A program made the translations under genes and the position numbers. A DNA stretch of 63,264 nt, counting the filler, from Octopus bimaculoides (lineage: Eukaryota), in NCBI RefSeq assembly GCF_001194135.2. It is 4 parts of 4 records of this genome, joined end to end, with 100 filler letters (N's around TTAATTAATTAA, not from the genome) between each part and the next. Parts side by side here need not be neighbours in the genome. Positions count along the whole stretch, not along the records: positions 31,688 to 52,663 come from NC_068985.1; 3 more parts are not named here. The stretch is one strand, 5' to 3'. Below the pieces are notes generated by a model that worked only from the letters and a program-made list of their open reading frames with translations, had not been told where the DNA came from and made no database searches. Numbering within the stretch: position 1 is the first letter of the stretch; every line of letters starts with the position of its first letter. Below are positions 38,411 through 51,916 of this stretch, in pieces.

Positions 38411-38659
38411 CATATCTATCTATCTATATACATATATACATTATATATATGCATATATATACATATATATATATATATACATGCATATATACATGTGTAT
38501 ATATACATACATATATGTATATATATACATATACATATATATATATATGTCTATAAATTAACCTTAATAGCTGATTGCGGTTATATAATTGACCCAGAGG
38601 TGTAAAAGCAAAAACTGACCTTAGTAGAATTTGAACCCTTAATGAAAAGAACCGGAACA

Positions 38660-41175
38660 ATATAACAACAGTGACATGAGCCCAACAAAAATAAGCAATA
38701 AAGCCGAAAAGATCATGACAGAATGTAAATAACTGTCCGTGCTATACAGAAACAGCTTAATAAAAATGTAAAAAAACTGTGCAACAAATTTTGTTTATGT
38801 AAATAAAAATAATAAATAATCTTAATCTCAAAAGACAGAATGATCTGATCTGTTCAGTAGCTGCGTTTGTATCGATGGAAGCCAGGTTTGAACTTAACAG
38901 AGTCAGAGCCTCCTGAGACAAATCTAACGCAAATATTGGGAAAATGTATACTTCAAAACATTTTGGGGAAAAGGAATCACTGATCTCTATATAACGACAT
39001 GGAGAAAGAGGGTTTTCAAGATTAAAAAGAAACAAGAAATGAAATAGCATAACAAATGTAACATCAATGAAATAGAAGAGAATCTAAAAGCTAAAGAAAA
39101 GTTTAAACAAATCATATAAGCCAAACCAGGCAAGATAAAAGGATTTGAAAAACATGTGCACTTCTTCCTGACAAAAAATAATAAATACAAGTCATTTGAA
39201 TCAAATACCAAAAGAATTTACTGTGACATAAACAAAAAAAAGATGAGGAGGTCATACCAACATCAATGGAAATTCAAGCAAACTGGGATGGAAGGAGAAA
39301 TGGCAACATCCAGTACAATAAGAGGAATAAATATAGGTCAGAAAGGAGGAGGAAACTATATAACAGCACCGCCAATGTGGGTCATCGTAGCTCAGAAGCC
39401 ATTATGTATGCTTCGTGATTATCTCTGGTTGATGTCTCCAGATTAGTGAGTATAGGGGTGCAGTATATAGTGATCTGATAATGATCAAACTCGAATCTAT
39501 CAATATCTGAAGTTGTGTCTAAGATGTGAACTAAAATAATAGCCGCAAAAGAAAATTATCAGAGACTGTCATATCTATAAACCTTTAACCTGATTGCTAG
39601 CTACATATAAATCACTTATGTCCACGTTCTACAGCATGCCTCCCTTACAACAGGTTAATCATTCAACTACGAGGAAATAATATATACTAGAACAGTCAAA
39701 GACTACTGGGAAATGATATATGGTCAAGAACAGCCATGTGGGATTAGAATCTGATAAAACACTACATAGAAAAATAGAAAAAACATTATCATAGAAAATT
39801 TAATCCAATATTGATTTTAATTTTGGCACAAGGTGAGCAGTTTTGGGGAAGAAGCTAAGCTGATTACATCGATTTCGAAAGAATGGAAGACAAGGTGGAC
39901 CACGGTGGAATTTGAACTCAGAACGTAAAGACCGACAAAATGCGACAGACCATTTACCCCCGTGGGCTAACGATTCTTGCAGCTCGCCGCATTAAGAGTT
40001 CATCTAAAACTAAAAAATGATCACAATAATTTTAGAAGTGCAATGATAGAGATACATGTATTAGCCATTCCAGTTATAAAGTACACTTCCACCTTATAGA
40101 ATCGGAAGTTGAATGAATTGAAGAGCAAAAACAGAAAAAGCAATCTACAAAAGTACCAGGATTATTCTGAAGCCACATCTAAAAGTTTCACATAAATAGA
40201 ATATACCGGGCCTACGTTGAAGAAAGACAGGTTTTATACAAATGGAAGACTACTACAAAGTAACAATAGTAGGTCTGGAAAAAATAGGCAAAGGGAAAGA
40301 AAACGATTAGTATAATAAATAGACAAAGAATTAAAAAGAAAAACTCTTCTCTATATAAAAGGAAAAGGTGAAGTAACAAGAAATAACTATTTTGAAGAAA
40401 AAAGATTTAGATAAAGAGACATCGACAAGAATTGAATAAAGAAAATATTCAAAACGTGATTTCATTATATGTTTAAAATTTAAAAGAAAGCGATTCAATG
40501 ACAGTTACTTCAAGGTCAGTATTACGAGACCCAACAAATAGGAATCCAACATTGGCTTAAAAGCTTGGAACTAGAAGTAGAAACAGGAGGTATGATTTTC
40601 GATGTACAGTTTCAATACCTGCCAACAAACAAATTTTAAAATAAGGAAAAAGAAATTTAACATTAAGTGCAATCTTTGCCGGCCTCACTATGAGATGATA
40701 GACATTATTATTTCTAGCTGTCTAGTCCTTTGTAAGTCGGTATATTCATAGACAATATAAAGTTGGAAGCTGTGAGCATTTAAATATGAATATAAATGCC
40801 AACACCATCATTGGAAGGAAGTATCATAAACATTTATCGGAGATGTTTTATGGCAACAGAGTTTGTTACAGTCACTTCAGATCTACAATGAGCTCAATCT
40901 TCGAAGAAAAGATTTTTCCGGAAAGAGTTGTAGAAAATGCAAAAAAAAAAAAAAAAAATTCTTAAGGAGCTTGAAAATTAAAATGAGAAGGATGTGAGGC
41001 AAGGAAAACCGAAAAATCTGTACCAGTAAAAATTGGAGGCCTGCGTATTATCAAATGAATAAAATCACACAAACCATGTTAGGGGTTACAATGTTATACA
41101 GACTCTCAAAAGTGGCACAGCCCACATCATACACGATATATTTGAGAGCTGTGAACACAATTGAAACATTGCATA
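38660..41175 (+). mobile_element. Old, heavily degraded R4/Dong-type non-LTR retrotransposon with a SINE inserted
   Basis: Scattered motifs in the expected order: YKPLT*LLATYKSL (YRPITCL), VLAIPVIKY, WLKSLELEVETGG, KCNLC, VPVKIGGL, LKSGTAHII. Confidence 0.7.
39819..39992 (-). mobile_element. SINE family B
   Basis: ttttggcacaagg...ggaatttgaactcagaacgtaaagac...gctaacgattcttgcagctcgccgc. Confidence 0.75.
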
Positions 41176-41302
41176 ATTGTAACGATATTTTAGGTGCAGT
41201 CACTGGTCATCAATTGTAACGGATGTTGATGTTGCAGATGTGCAAGATGAAAGAAGTACAATGACCGAAATTGTAAAGAAATATTAGTTCCCGATATTTT
41301 AT

Positions 41303-41399
<97 letters not shown>

Positions 41400-41972
41400 T
41401 ATATAACTAAACCACGACGGGTTGGTATAATATAATTCGTAAAGCATGCGAGGTAAAGAAAAATATCGTAGATTTTCCTTGTACTGGTGTGTTTGTGTTC
41501 TCGTCATTGTGTAGTAGTAAACCACAGATAGAGATAGAGTGATGTAGAGAAAAGAAAGTGAGTTAGTGAAAGTTAGAGAGTGAAGAGGGCTGTTGTACAT
41601 ATAGTGCTGATTGTTTTCTTTCTTCCTCTGGCCATTTGTCTCAGGTGGTTGTCTGCCTGTCGCCATCTCTAGTTGCCTCCGTTCACCAATTGATTTTGGG
41701 TTATGAAATTCTAGTATTTATAATTATACAAAACTAGTTAGAGTAATAGATGTACTGCAAAGACAATGGATATACTTTGGGGTCCGACTGGTATCTCAGT
41801 GCCATTCCCTACCGCATGCAAGAGGTTAGAAGGGTCAAGTGGCAAATATATAAATCGGCTTAGCAAAGCCATCTGGTAAATATACTGGTGTCACTATTGT
41901 TTCTCCGTGAGAAAAGTGCTGTTGAAATATTGTGGGAAATTTGCCGATTCAGTTTCGGATCTACTCTATGCT

Positions 41973-42130
41973 TCAACGAATAAAATTACACAAACCATAT
42001 TAAGGCTCACAATGTTATACAAACTCTCAAAAGTGGCTTAGCCCACATCATACACGACGTATTTGAGAGCTGTGAACACAATTAAAACACTGCATTCTAT
42101 GCATGTAAATCAGACCTTAAAAAATAAACA
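41973..42130 (+). mobile_element. Second R4/Dong-type 3' end, a direct repeat of 41051-41174
   Basis: About 124 bp at roughly 85-90% identity by eye; covers the terminal ...AHII... segment. Confidence 0.65.
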
Positions 42131-42699
42131 ACCAATAAAATAATACGATTCACATAACACATAAACTACGGAATCATCATGAAACAATATAACACAATGC
42201 AAACTCTAAATAGTCTTATTCACAAACACATTTCCGACTGAGGGACAATATTAAGTTGGAAACAGAAGAATGTTGGTGAGAGGAAGGACATCTGGCTGTA
42301 GAAAATCTTCCTCACTGACTTCCATCGACCAATGCGACCAGGAAAAATGAAGCTTTGCAATAACTATGGTGATGACCTCTAGAGCATGAAAAGCTTCACA
42401 TCAAACTGCTGAAAACAATAACAAAAATAACAACAGTAATGTCAATATTATCAGCAACAACATATAAGTTGTTGGATATAAATTCTATGAATTGTTGAAC
42501 GAACATAGGAAAAAATCTTGTGAGACAGAATATCAAATGAGTTTTTAGCTATTTATCAGTGATAATTACTTTATTCTGGCTCAAACTAATCATTGATGTT
42601 GATATTATAGCAGAAAGCCACTTCTCATGAGGTTCATAATCTTGCAAGCTACATAGCAATTTCATTAATGCTGGTGGCGTGAAAAATAAGTCAGTACAC

Positions 42700-42860
42700 A
42701 CCGAAAAGTGCCTGGCGTTAGGAAGAGAATCCAGCTACAGAAACCACACCAAAGCAGACAGTGGAATATGATGCTGTCCTTGACCCTGAAATATCCTGTG
42801 AAAATATCCAACCAATGCAAGCATGGAGCGTGGATTTCAAATGTTGATGAGGACAAAAAT
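42700..42860 (+). mobile_element. RTE-tailed SINE-like repeat fragment
   Basis: tggcgttaggaagagaatccagctacagaaacc...ccaaccaatgcaagcatgga; related pieces near 33020, 42280 and 45500. Confidence 0.55.
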
Positions 42861-43364
42861 GCTATAAACATACGTACATACGTATAGAGTCGTGTGTTTA
42901 TATATACACACACGCACGTGCGCGCACACGCACACACAAGCACACACACATATGTTGTTGCTTAATGAGGCAACCAATGGTTTTATGTGAAGAGATCTTC
43001 ACAATTGTTTATACGTGCCACATGCAGGTGTTAGTAATTGTTTCCATTATCCAAAATGGAGAGGAGTACCAATATTTCCATGTGGCACGCTTGAAGAATT
43101 ATGAAGTTCTCTTCACATGAGGCAATTGGTAGCCTTAGGTCACAAATGAAAAACATTTATCTACCAGTGTGGTGTTGAGCAATTATTCTCACTTTTGGAA
43201 ATTAGCGCGTGTATATACATATATACTTACACACACACATAAACACACTCACACATACACACATATATATATATATATAGAGAGAGAGAGAAAGACAAAG
43301 AAAGAGAGAGATATATAAATACATACATATATATGTAGAGAGATAGAGAAAGAGAGACATATAA

Positions 43365-43411
<47 letters not shown>

Positions 43412-44571
43412 GATAGATAGATAGATAGACATATGTAGATATGTGTGTATGTGTGTATGTACAAATATATATATATATGTATATGCGTATGCGTGCTTTT
43501 GTTTGAATATACAGTATGTTAGTAGTACTCTGTTGGTATTTTTATCAGCCATAAATATTTCAATATCTCATTAGTGATGGTCGTATAGACAAGACAGTTT
43601 ATTAATTATTTGTAAGTTCATATGTTACAGCCAACAACACAACCATAATATCGACATCAATGATTAGATTGAGCCATAATATAGCAATTTTCACTGATAA
43701 ATAGCTAAAAACTTTCTTCTGATATTTTGTGTTGTGAGTTTTTTTTTCTTCTTTTTAAATTCGTTCGTTTAGATAGATCAGTAAACAGGTCATAGGATGT
43801 TTCGCTGGAAATTTCTACCAATTATCGTTGTTCATGTTCTTGAAGTTGTTGTTGTCAGCAGTCTAATGTGACATTCTCCATGCTCCAAAGGTCATCACAA
43901 TCATCATCGTCGTCATCACCATCAACAACTTCAACTTCTCCATCATGATAATTCTCATCATCATCTTCGTCGCCATGGTTGTTACTATCATCATCATCAT
44001 CATCATCATCATCTTCATCGTCGTCGGCATAATGACCACATTTCAATGATCACAGAAGCTAGGTGCAATTAATTGAGGCATTGTCTACAGCTTCTTTCCA
44101 TTCCTGTGACTAATCCTCACCTGTTTCCTAAGTAAAGTAATATTTCCCTTTAATAGGATGTATTTGCTTGGAGACAAGAGCACAGCTTTTATGACAGTGA
44201 TGTGTATTTGCAACCATAACGAGATGTCACGACAAAGAGAGACTAACAACTGCACACACACAAGCGCACATACATGTACACATATATACACCCACACACA
44301 CATATACGCAAAACATGCACACATAGGGTTCTACATAGTCAAAGCAAATCAACACAGGACACCAGAACACACTGCATTTTTTGTTTGCTGTATGTATGTA
44401 TTGGCATATATATATATATATATANNNNNNNNNNNNNNNNNNNNNNNNNNNNNNNNNNNNNNNNNNNNNNNNNNNNNNNNNNNNNNNNNNNNNNNNNNNN
44501 NNNNNNNNNNNNNNNNNNNNNNNNNNNNNNNNNNNNNNNNNNNNNGTGTGTGAGAGAGAGAGAGAGAGAGA

Positions 44572-44642
<71 letters not shown>

Positions 44643-45633
44643 TGAGAGAGAGATAGAGAGAGAGTGAGAGAGAGAGAGGGAGGAGGCAAAAACAAAGGGG
44701 AAAGGAAGATAAAAAGAAGATACAAAAGGGTGACAAAGAAAATATTGACTCAATAGAATCCAAGAAGGATCAAGAAGAATCCAAATAGGATGCCGTGGGG
44801 GAGAGACGAGACAAAGCAAATAGCATCAGTCTAAGAAGAAGAAAGCAAAGGTCCACCAGGAGAAAGCAAACAAGGCAAAGATGAAGATATGTTTAGAGGA
44901 GAACAGCAATACAAAGTAAAGATCCATCAGGTGAAACGAATGAAGACAAAGGCAGCAGCAAAGGTGGGTACAGAAGCGAAAGTAAAACGATGTAAAAGTT
45001 GCAGAGGCAAAGCTTATTCCAAATCTCATATTAGCAGTACTCGTTCCACTCACCTGAAGACCAGGGAGAAAGGCCGCTAATGAGACATTTATATATGTAA
45101 GTGTGTATTTATACTCATACATATAAACACATACACATACAAAAACACATATATACGTAGCAGTTTGTTTAATAATTTTGCTTCCCAGCTACCTTGTGTC
45201 AGGTTCAGTACCACTGTGAAGGACTTGCACCCATACATTCTATTATTGCTTCATGTTAACGAAAGGCTTGTGTGGATTTCGCAATCGGAAACTGAAAAAT
45301 GCCCGTCGTGTATGCATATATGGGTGTGTACATATGTGTATGTATGAGTGTGGTTGTGTTGTCTTCTTGTCTTGTCATAATGCGATAGTTGTAAACTAGC
45401 GACAACATATTAATGGTGAAATTCGTTTCCGATTTACTGTAAAAACAAGCCTGGCCACGGTGATATGTTATCTTCCTTAGCAGCAAGCGAATGTTGTTCA
45501 CAGGAAGAGTATCCAGCCGTAGGAAATCTGTCTTATGAAATATTGTATGATTCATACATGCATGAAAAGTCATGTGCCAAATTCTTCTGATGAAGATGAA
45601 GATGATGATGATAACTATATATATGTATGTATG

Positions 45634-45664
<31 letters not shown>

Positions 45665-46311
45665 NNNNNNNNNNNNNNNNNNNNNNNNNNNNNNNNNNNN
45701 NNNNNNNNNNNNNNNNNNNNNNNNNNNNNNNNNNNNNNNNNNNNNNNNNNNNNNNNNNNNNNNNNNNNNNNNNNNNNNNNNNNNNNNNNNNNNNNNNNNN
45801 NNNNNNNNNNNNNNNNNNNNNNNNNNNNNNNNNNNNNNNNNNNNNNNNNNNNNNNNNNNNNNNNNNNNNNNNNNNNNNNNNNNNNNNNNNNNNNNNNNNN
45901 NNNNNNNNNNNNNNNNNNNNNNNNNNNNNNNNNNNNNATATATATATATATACAGGTCCACATGGTGTATGTAAACATGTATATCCGTTTGCATGCGTGT
46001 GTGTGGATGTACAATTGCAAATGATATTTATGCCAGCTTAACATACAACCAATCGCACCAACGTATTGGTGTGTTTCTTCTTAGCATAAAGATGACAATG
46101 CGCTAAAGTTCAGCTGCAGTGAAGACATTCTCCACAACTAAACATTATAGTTTAAACACCTGTCGAGAAGGTTATTTCGAAATGTCATTAAGCATGGGAG
46201 AAAAGTTTAAATATGAATTCTTCAGACTTAGTACTGTCACATGACGTACGCACATAGGTAATGTGTGATGCATGCATGTGCGCATGTAAGATGCATGTAT
46301 ATGCGTGTTAT

Positions 46312-46500
46312 TCATCCTTTTACATGCTTCAGTTCATTGGATTGTGGCCATTCTGGAGCAACGCCTTCAAAAGTTTGGCTGGGGAAATTTTCTTTTAAGT
46401 CTGGTGCTTATTCTGTCAGGTGCTTATTGTCAAACTGATAAGTTATGAGGATGTAAACAAACCAGCAGCTACTGTCAAACTGTGACACGAACACAAACAC
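46312..46500 (-). mobile_element. Old SINE family A 3' half
   Basis: ggccattctggagcaacgcc...tgcttattct...gtaaacaaaccagca. Confidence 0.55.
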
Positions 46501-46781
46501 AGAGACACATACGCATATATACATACGTATATAAACACACATATATAATATAATATGAGGGGTTCAGCTAACTAGTGATCTAAACGAGTAGGTACGCTAA
46601 GTGCTATGATTTGTCATCCGTTAGGTTCCCATTTCACTGCTGAGGCTGGGGCTAGGAATCTGTTTAAGGCTTCCGTGTTAGAAGGTATAGATTATATTAG
46701 AGGAAAAAGAACAACAAAAACCAAGTTAAGACAGGTATCTCAGTAATTTAGAACATTTAATCAGGGTAAGGTGAATTTAAA

Positions 46782-46857
46782 ATCTTACAGCTGTTTCTGG
46801 GATATCCCAAGTGATAGGCTAGCATATCCGTACACTGGGTACTCCGTCATCAGAAAC
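46782..46857 (-). ncRNA. Candidate type I hammerhead ribozyme with a long stem II and a palindromic stem III
   Basis: GUUU-CUGAUGA-[CGGAGUACCCAGUG...CACUUGGGAUAUCCCA]-GAAAC AGCU GUA-AGAU; stem I is weak (wobble pairs). Confidence 0.55.
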
Positions 46858-48499
46858 AAGGTGTGTTTGTAAGTTTTAGACAGGGAAATTCACAGCCTAT
46901 AAGAAATAAGGTAGTATATAGAAGAATAAAGATTAAAGTAGTAGATAAAAGAATAGGAACAGGAGAATAAAATCCACAGCTCATCATCTTCCAGAAGGTA
47001 TGGAGGTTGGTCTGTAATTCCGTGAAGGTATAGGCCCTTAGGTAAAATCCCAGTTAACCCCAGGCAGTGCAAATAAGAAAATACAATATAGGTATCCTGA
47101 GCCATAATAGATTCTGGATTCCCATACCATGGCCAACGTTCCATGTGTGGACTCTGCCTGAAAAAGACTCTCCAAATATTAATTCATAATTCACCACTAT
47201 TACTCAATAAAGAGCACGAAGCATTTTTTACATGTAAACAATTTCTATCGTACCTTTAGATTCTTCCATAGGTCCAAATGTAAGCAAAATAAACACATAT
47301 AACACTTCCCTTTATGCATCCACGGTCTTTATAATGTATGTCCTTTTTCCGTTTTCTTTTCTATAAACATAAAGCTATGTCACCACTTGACCATGCTGCA
47401 TCCAATACAATAACTATGGCTTTGAAATAGAAGCACTGGTAACTTATAAAAGTTTTAAAACAAGTCTTGTATCATAAACCCGTGGTGGTCATGGGTGAGT
47501 TTCCCCCAAGGATTTCAGCACGTATAGTTAGCTATCCAAGACTGCAACACTCTACAATTTCTTCTCCACCCATGTATTTTTCTTGCTTGCACTTATTAAT
47601 TTTCAGAATAAAACTGGTTAAAACTGGACATGAAAGACATCACACTCACAGAAAAATTCTTCGAAGATCATGGCATTGAAACCGTTTCTCTTGTACAGTG
47701 TCGTATTGACAATTAACATCTTTCCCATCGAATGCTTTTTGATGTCTTGAGCAAGATTTGGGGCTGATGATATCCAAAAATGACACTGTGTTGCTGATGT
47801 AAACAAATCTGACATCATCGGTATCAAGTAACACAAAATGAAGTGTCTTGTTGAAGGACACAATAACCCACCTAGCCTGAGAATTGAAAATACAATCTCA
47901 ATGAATCCAGGTGGTTAACCACGAGTAGATGCAACTTCATGACTTACGTAAATATAAAAAGAAAAAATGTTGTATGTCTTAGTGAACTACTATTATATTC
48001 TTTATTTGGCAAACACAGAAGATACAATATTTGAGTGATACATATAAAGGAGGAATCAGAAAATAAAATGACTAACAAAGTGTGTTGCCGATGGTATAGA
48101 TTAAATAATAAGTTGTTTCCATAAAATATTGCAGCCTAGCTATTGCACGCTAAGTGTAAATAGTTTTCTAATAAAAGAACTCTGAAAATAAATAAATAAA
48201 ATAAGTATATGATATATAAAATAGAAAAGATTATTGTCAGAGATTTTAGATTGAGATGAATTAAATGGTGATAATTGGGTGTACGTCGAGTAAGAACTAT
48301 TGAGGGTAAACAATCAGCTAAATTGATTAAGAAAGATCTTATGGCGATGGTTATGATGATGACGATGGCGATTGTGATGTTGATGGTGATGGTGATGAAG
48401 ACGATGCTAGAGATACTGATGATAATGGTGACAATGATTCTTCTAAATGGCAATAAGTGCATCGGAAAATCTTGAAAATATCTGATTCTTCATATTTAG

Positions 48500-48540
<41 letters not shown>

Positions 48541-49301
48541 AACACATACACGCACACACACATACACACGCACACGCACACACACACACACGCACACACA
48601 GGCGCAAATGCTTACACATACATACTAACTCACATATATGGAAATTAAACTTTAGGCGAAGAATGAAATTTTTGTGAATGTCCAAATTATAATCACACTC
48701 GATGAATATTACACGTGACATGGCACCACTATATACCTATANNNNNNNNNNNNNNNNNNNNNNNNNNNNNNNNNNNNNNNNNNNNNNNNNNNNNNNNNNN
48801 NNNNNNNNNNNNNNNNNNNNNNNNNNNNNNNNNNNNNNNNNNNNNNNNNNNNNNNNNNNNNNNNNNNNNNNNNNNNNNNNNNNNNNNNNNNNNNNNNNNN
48901 NNNNNNNNNNNNNNNNNNNNNNNNNNNNNNNNNNNATATATATATGGAGGGGAGATGGGTGGGAAATGTTTTGGTGGCGGCTACTATAAGTTTTTTCATT
49001 AAAAGAATATATATAGTGTGTGGTCAGCGTGTTTATAATATGAAGTGGTTGAGGTATATGATGGCGTAATTACTTGTAAGTTTACGGAATGGGGGACGTT
49101 TAAATAAAAAGACAGAAAATGTTTTTAAATGGTAAGGTAAAATACGGAGAAGAGTGTGTAATTGACAGTATAAAAGAGATTTTCTGTTGATATAGTATAT
49201 GATGGTAGTGAGAGTGGATAAGAAGAAGAATTTATGAAGGTTAGGAGGAAAAGAGAAGGGTGGGGTTGTAATTATTTATATTTTGAGAATAGATTTAGTG
49301 A

Positions 49302-50650
49302 ATGATGTTTGCAGATGAATATTATACTGCTACGTTCATTATCACAATCTGTGGATCGCAGAATAGCGACGGCCTAGGCTATGCAGAGATCACTCTTGTT
49401 AGGCTTGCGTGGGTGACTGTGGACCACTTGAGTGTGTAAGGAGTTGAATCAAGCGTTAGTTTACTGATCAGTTTAGATAACGATACACTGTTGGTTTTTG
49501 TTTGGGACTACTTGAAACAGGAATAGTGGTTACTCACTCTAGCTTTGAAGGTGGTGCCATATGAACCGATATAAATGTAGTTACAATTGGCAGTTGATAC
49601 TATGCACTTATAAACCATGTTTTCTATGAGACAGCGGTTATCTAAAGGACAGGATGTTGGGTGTCTGAAGCTGCATAGGTTTGTAGGAAGTGTTCCCGAT
49701 GAACTTGTGAGGGGACTGCTGTTTAGTGAGTAGTCGGTGATAGGTTCATTATTATTGCTAGTGTTAAGATTAATATTTGTTAAGGAGTTGAGGGTTGTAT
49801 TGTGGGTTCTAAAATATGAATGTTATTGTGTCTGGTGGTATTCTCTTTGATGCTCTCTATTTTTACAGGAGGCATAGTTATGCGTTGCGGAAAATTTAAG
49901 GATCGCAGCAATGTGGATCCTTTCAAAATAATGCTATATTCCACTCCATATGTGTTTGGAGAAAAACGTAGAACTCTTTAGATATGCCCTCTTTCATTCA
50001 TATGTAATGTATGTGTTGTTATTTAGTTGTGTTGTTCACATAGTATCATTTCAACACTACGAGTGATTAAATAGGCTTACATTAGTGTTTCCGTACCTAC
50101 AGCATACTTCATGTGGTATCCTTGGTTTATAAACCGTGGTGCTTTTATGTACAAGAGATACAACTATGAATAACATTTATACAATTTCTGTTGTAGAGAT
50201 TCCTTATATGCACTTGGATTTAGCACTGATGAGGAATGTTGTTTGTAACAAATTACCGTGAATATATCATAGGCAGATTTAATAAGCTAGCATAGGATGA
50301 AAGGAAATAGTTAATTTTTACTTTAATAGGCTTAATATCTAAGAAAAAGGGTATGAAAGTCATGAAACGTTGCAAGGTGTAAGCTTAACGTAAGATGGCT
50401 AAGAGTTACACAATTATTCTTAAACGATTATCGTTCACATTTCACCTCCACGTGTCTATGGTCGGCGGTGTGATGGCTGGTGCCTAGCCTTATTTAGAGA
50501 CACTTCTCTAGATAGGAACCAGGCCACTTCTCTCTTCTCTATCCCATTTCTAATATGGCTTCCGAGATGTGAAGCTTTCCTAACGTTACCTGTCTAGGAT
50601 CGTAGTTGTACTTTCAGCGAGGAGTGGTAACTTAAAAAAGCAGGTGTTTA
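49302..50650 (-). mobile_element. Degraded Naiad-like Penelope element (linker plus GIY-YIG; RT end faint)
   Basis: 49675-49302 reads CSFRHPTSCPLDNRCLIENMVYKCIV...YIYIGSYGTTFKARVSNHYSCFK*...SLSKLI...LKWS...DLCIA*...NERSS...CKH; similarity upstream of 49700 is weak. Confidence 0.8.
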
Positions 50651-51249
50651 AAGATGCGCATGGTTTCTTGGTCATGAGACACTTAAAGTATTGGGTAATT
50701 ATTGAATTCTATCTGTTAGAAAACGTACAGTATGGATAACTCGGTCTTGTCACTCACTGAGTATTTTCTCAGTACATGCTGGTTCTGCGTTACTTCTATT
50801 TATCTGGATTTATCAGTGCTAGCGCGGATTAGTCTCACCATTGTGGTGAATATTATGAAAACACTATAATTCAACTAAAATTCCATGATGTGTAGCAGCT
50901 AATGCAGCTACTTTTAACAGAAAATATCTATGACGTCATTTGAAACCGAATTCTAACACACACATGACCTAGTCCCATGGGATCTAATCCACAACCTCAG
51001 ATTCCACATCGCAACATATTTGGTTTGTTTATTATCACACAGATACGACACGTCAGGCTCACTCATATCCTTTTCAACACTATTGAAAAAGTGTATTATA
51101 CCGGTAATATCAAGATTAAACGTTCCGTAGATGGAACATTTGAATAATTTGATATTTGATATTTATTGTTCCAACTACATTAACGTTTCCAAAGCCTTCT
51201 GTCACATATTGTTTCACACATGCAGACGCACACATGTATATATGTCATT

Positions 51250-51875
51250 GTTCAGTTTTATTTCAAGATTTATTGCCAAAATCAGAAACAGCCGGTTTCT
51301 AACCTAGATACAAGGCTCCTTCATTGGAGTTTCAACATCAACAGCAGGTTTTTTTCCTTTGTATGTATGTGCGTATATGTGCAGATCTTTATGTTTTGTT
51401 TTATGTATGTATTCTCATGCATATAGTTGCATATCTAGACATATTCATATATATTTAAATGATAAACTTCTGGAAAGTTTTACCGATTTTTACAGTTCCA
51501 ATGATGGATTGGATCTGTAAAATAGCTTTTTCTGTTCTGGTTTTGAGAAGCCTAATTTCTCAAGATGGTATTTAGGTAGTGTGTTACATATTCCAGGGCC
51601 CCAATAATTACAGGTATAAACCTGAAGTTGTGATCTGGATAGAGTAATTGCAGATTTCTGAAAAGCTCAGCATGGGTATTCCTTTTAACACTGATCTTCA
51701 GCTTTATGTTATTACATATTCCACAGCTTTTATAATTACAGGTATAAACGTGAACTTTTGATCTGGATAGAGTAACTGCAGATTTCTCAATAGTTCAGCG
51801 TAGGTATTCTCTTTATCACTGATCTTCAGCTTTATGTTACTATCCTCTATGCAGCTAATTTCCACAACTGTGCAC
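51250..51875 (-). mobile_element. RLE-type non-LTR retrotransposon 3' end (REL endonuclease tail plus 3' UTR) with an internal 128-bp duplication
   Basis: CTVVEISC.EDSNIKLKISDKENTYAELLRNLQLLYPD...FIPVIIGALEYV...; ORF stop near 51455. Confidence 0.75.
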
Positions 51876-51885
51876 GGTTTCTATT

Positions 51886-51916
<31 letters not shown>

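Noticed and set aside
41051-42095. Direct repeats as LTRs of an LTR retrotransposon
   Set aside because: No TG..CA ends, PBS or gag/pol; the repeat encodes an R4/Dong ORF end.
50226-50260. CTGATGAG motif
   Set aside because: No stem II or GAAA follows; it lies antisense within the PLE relic.
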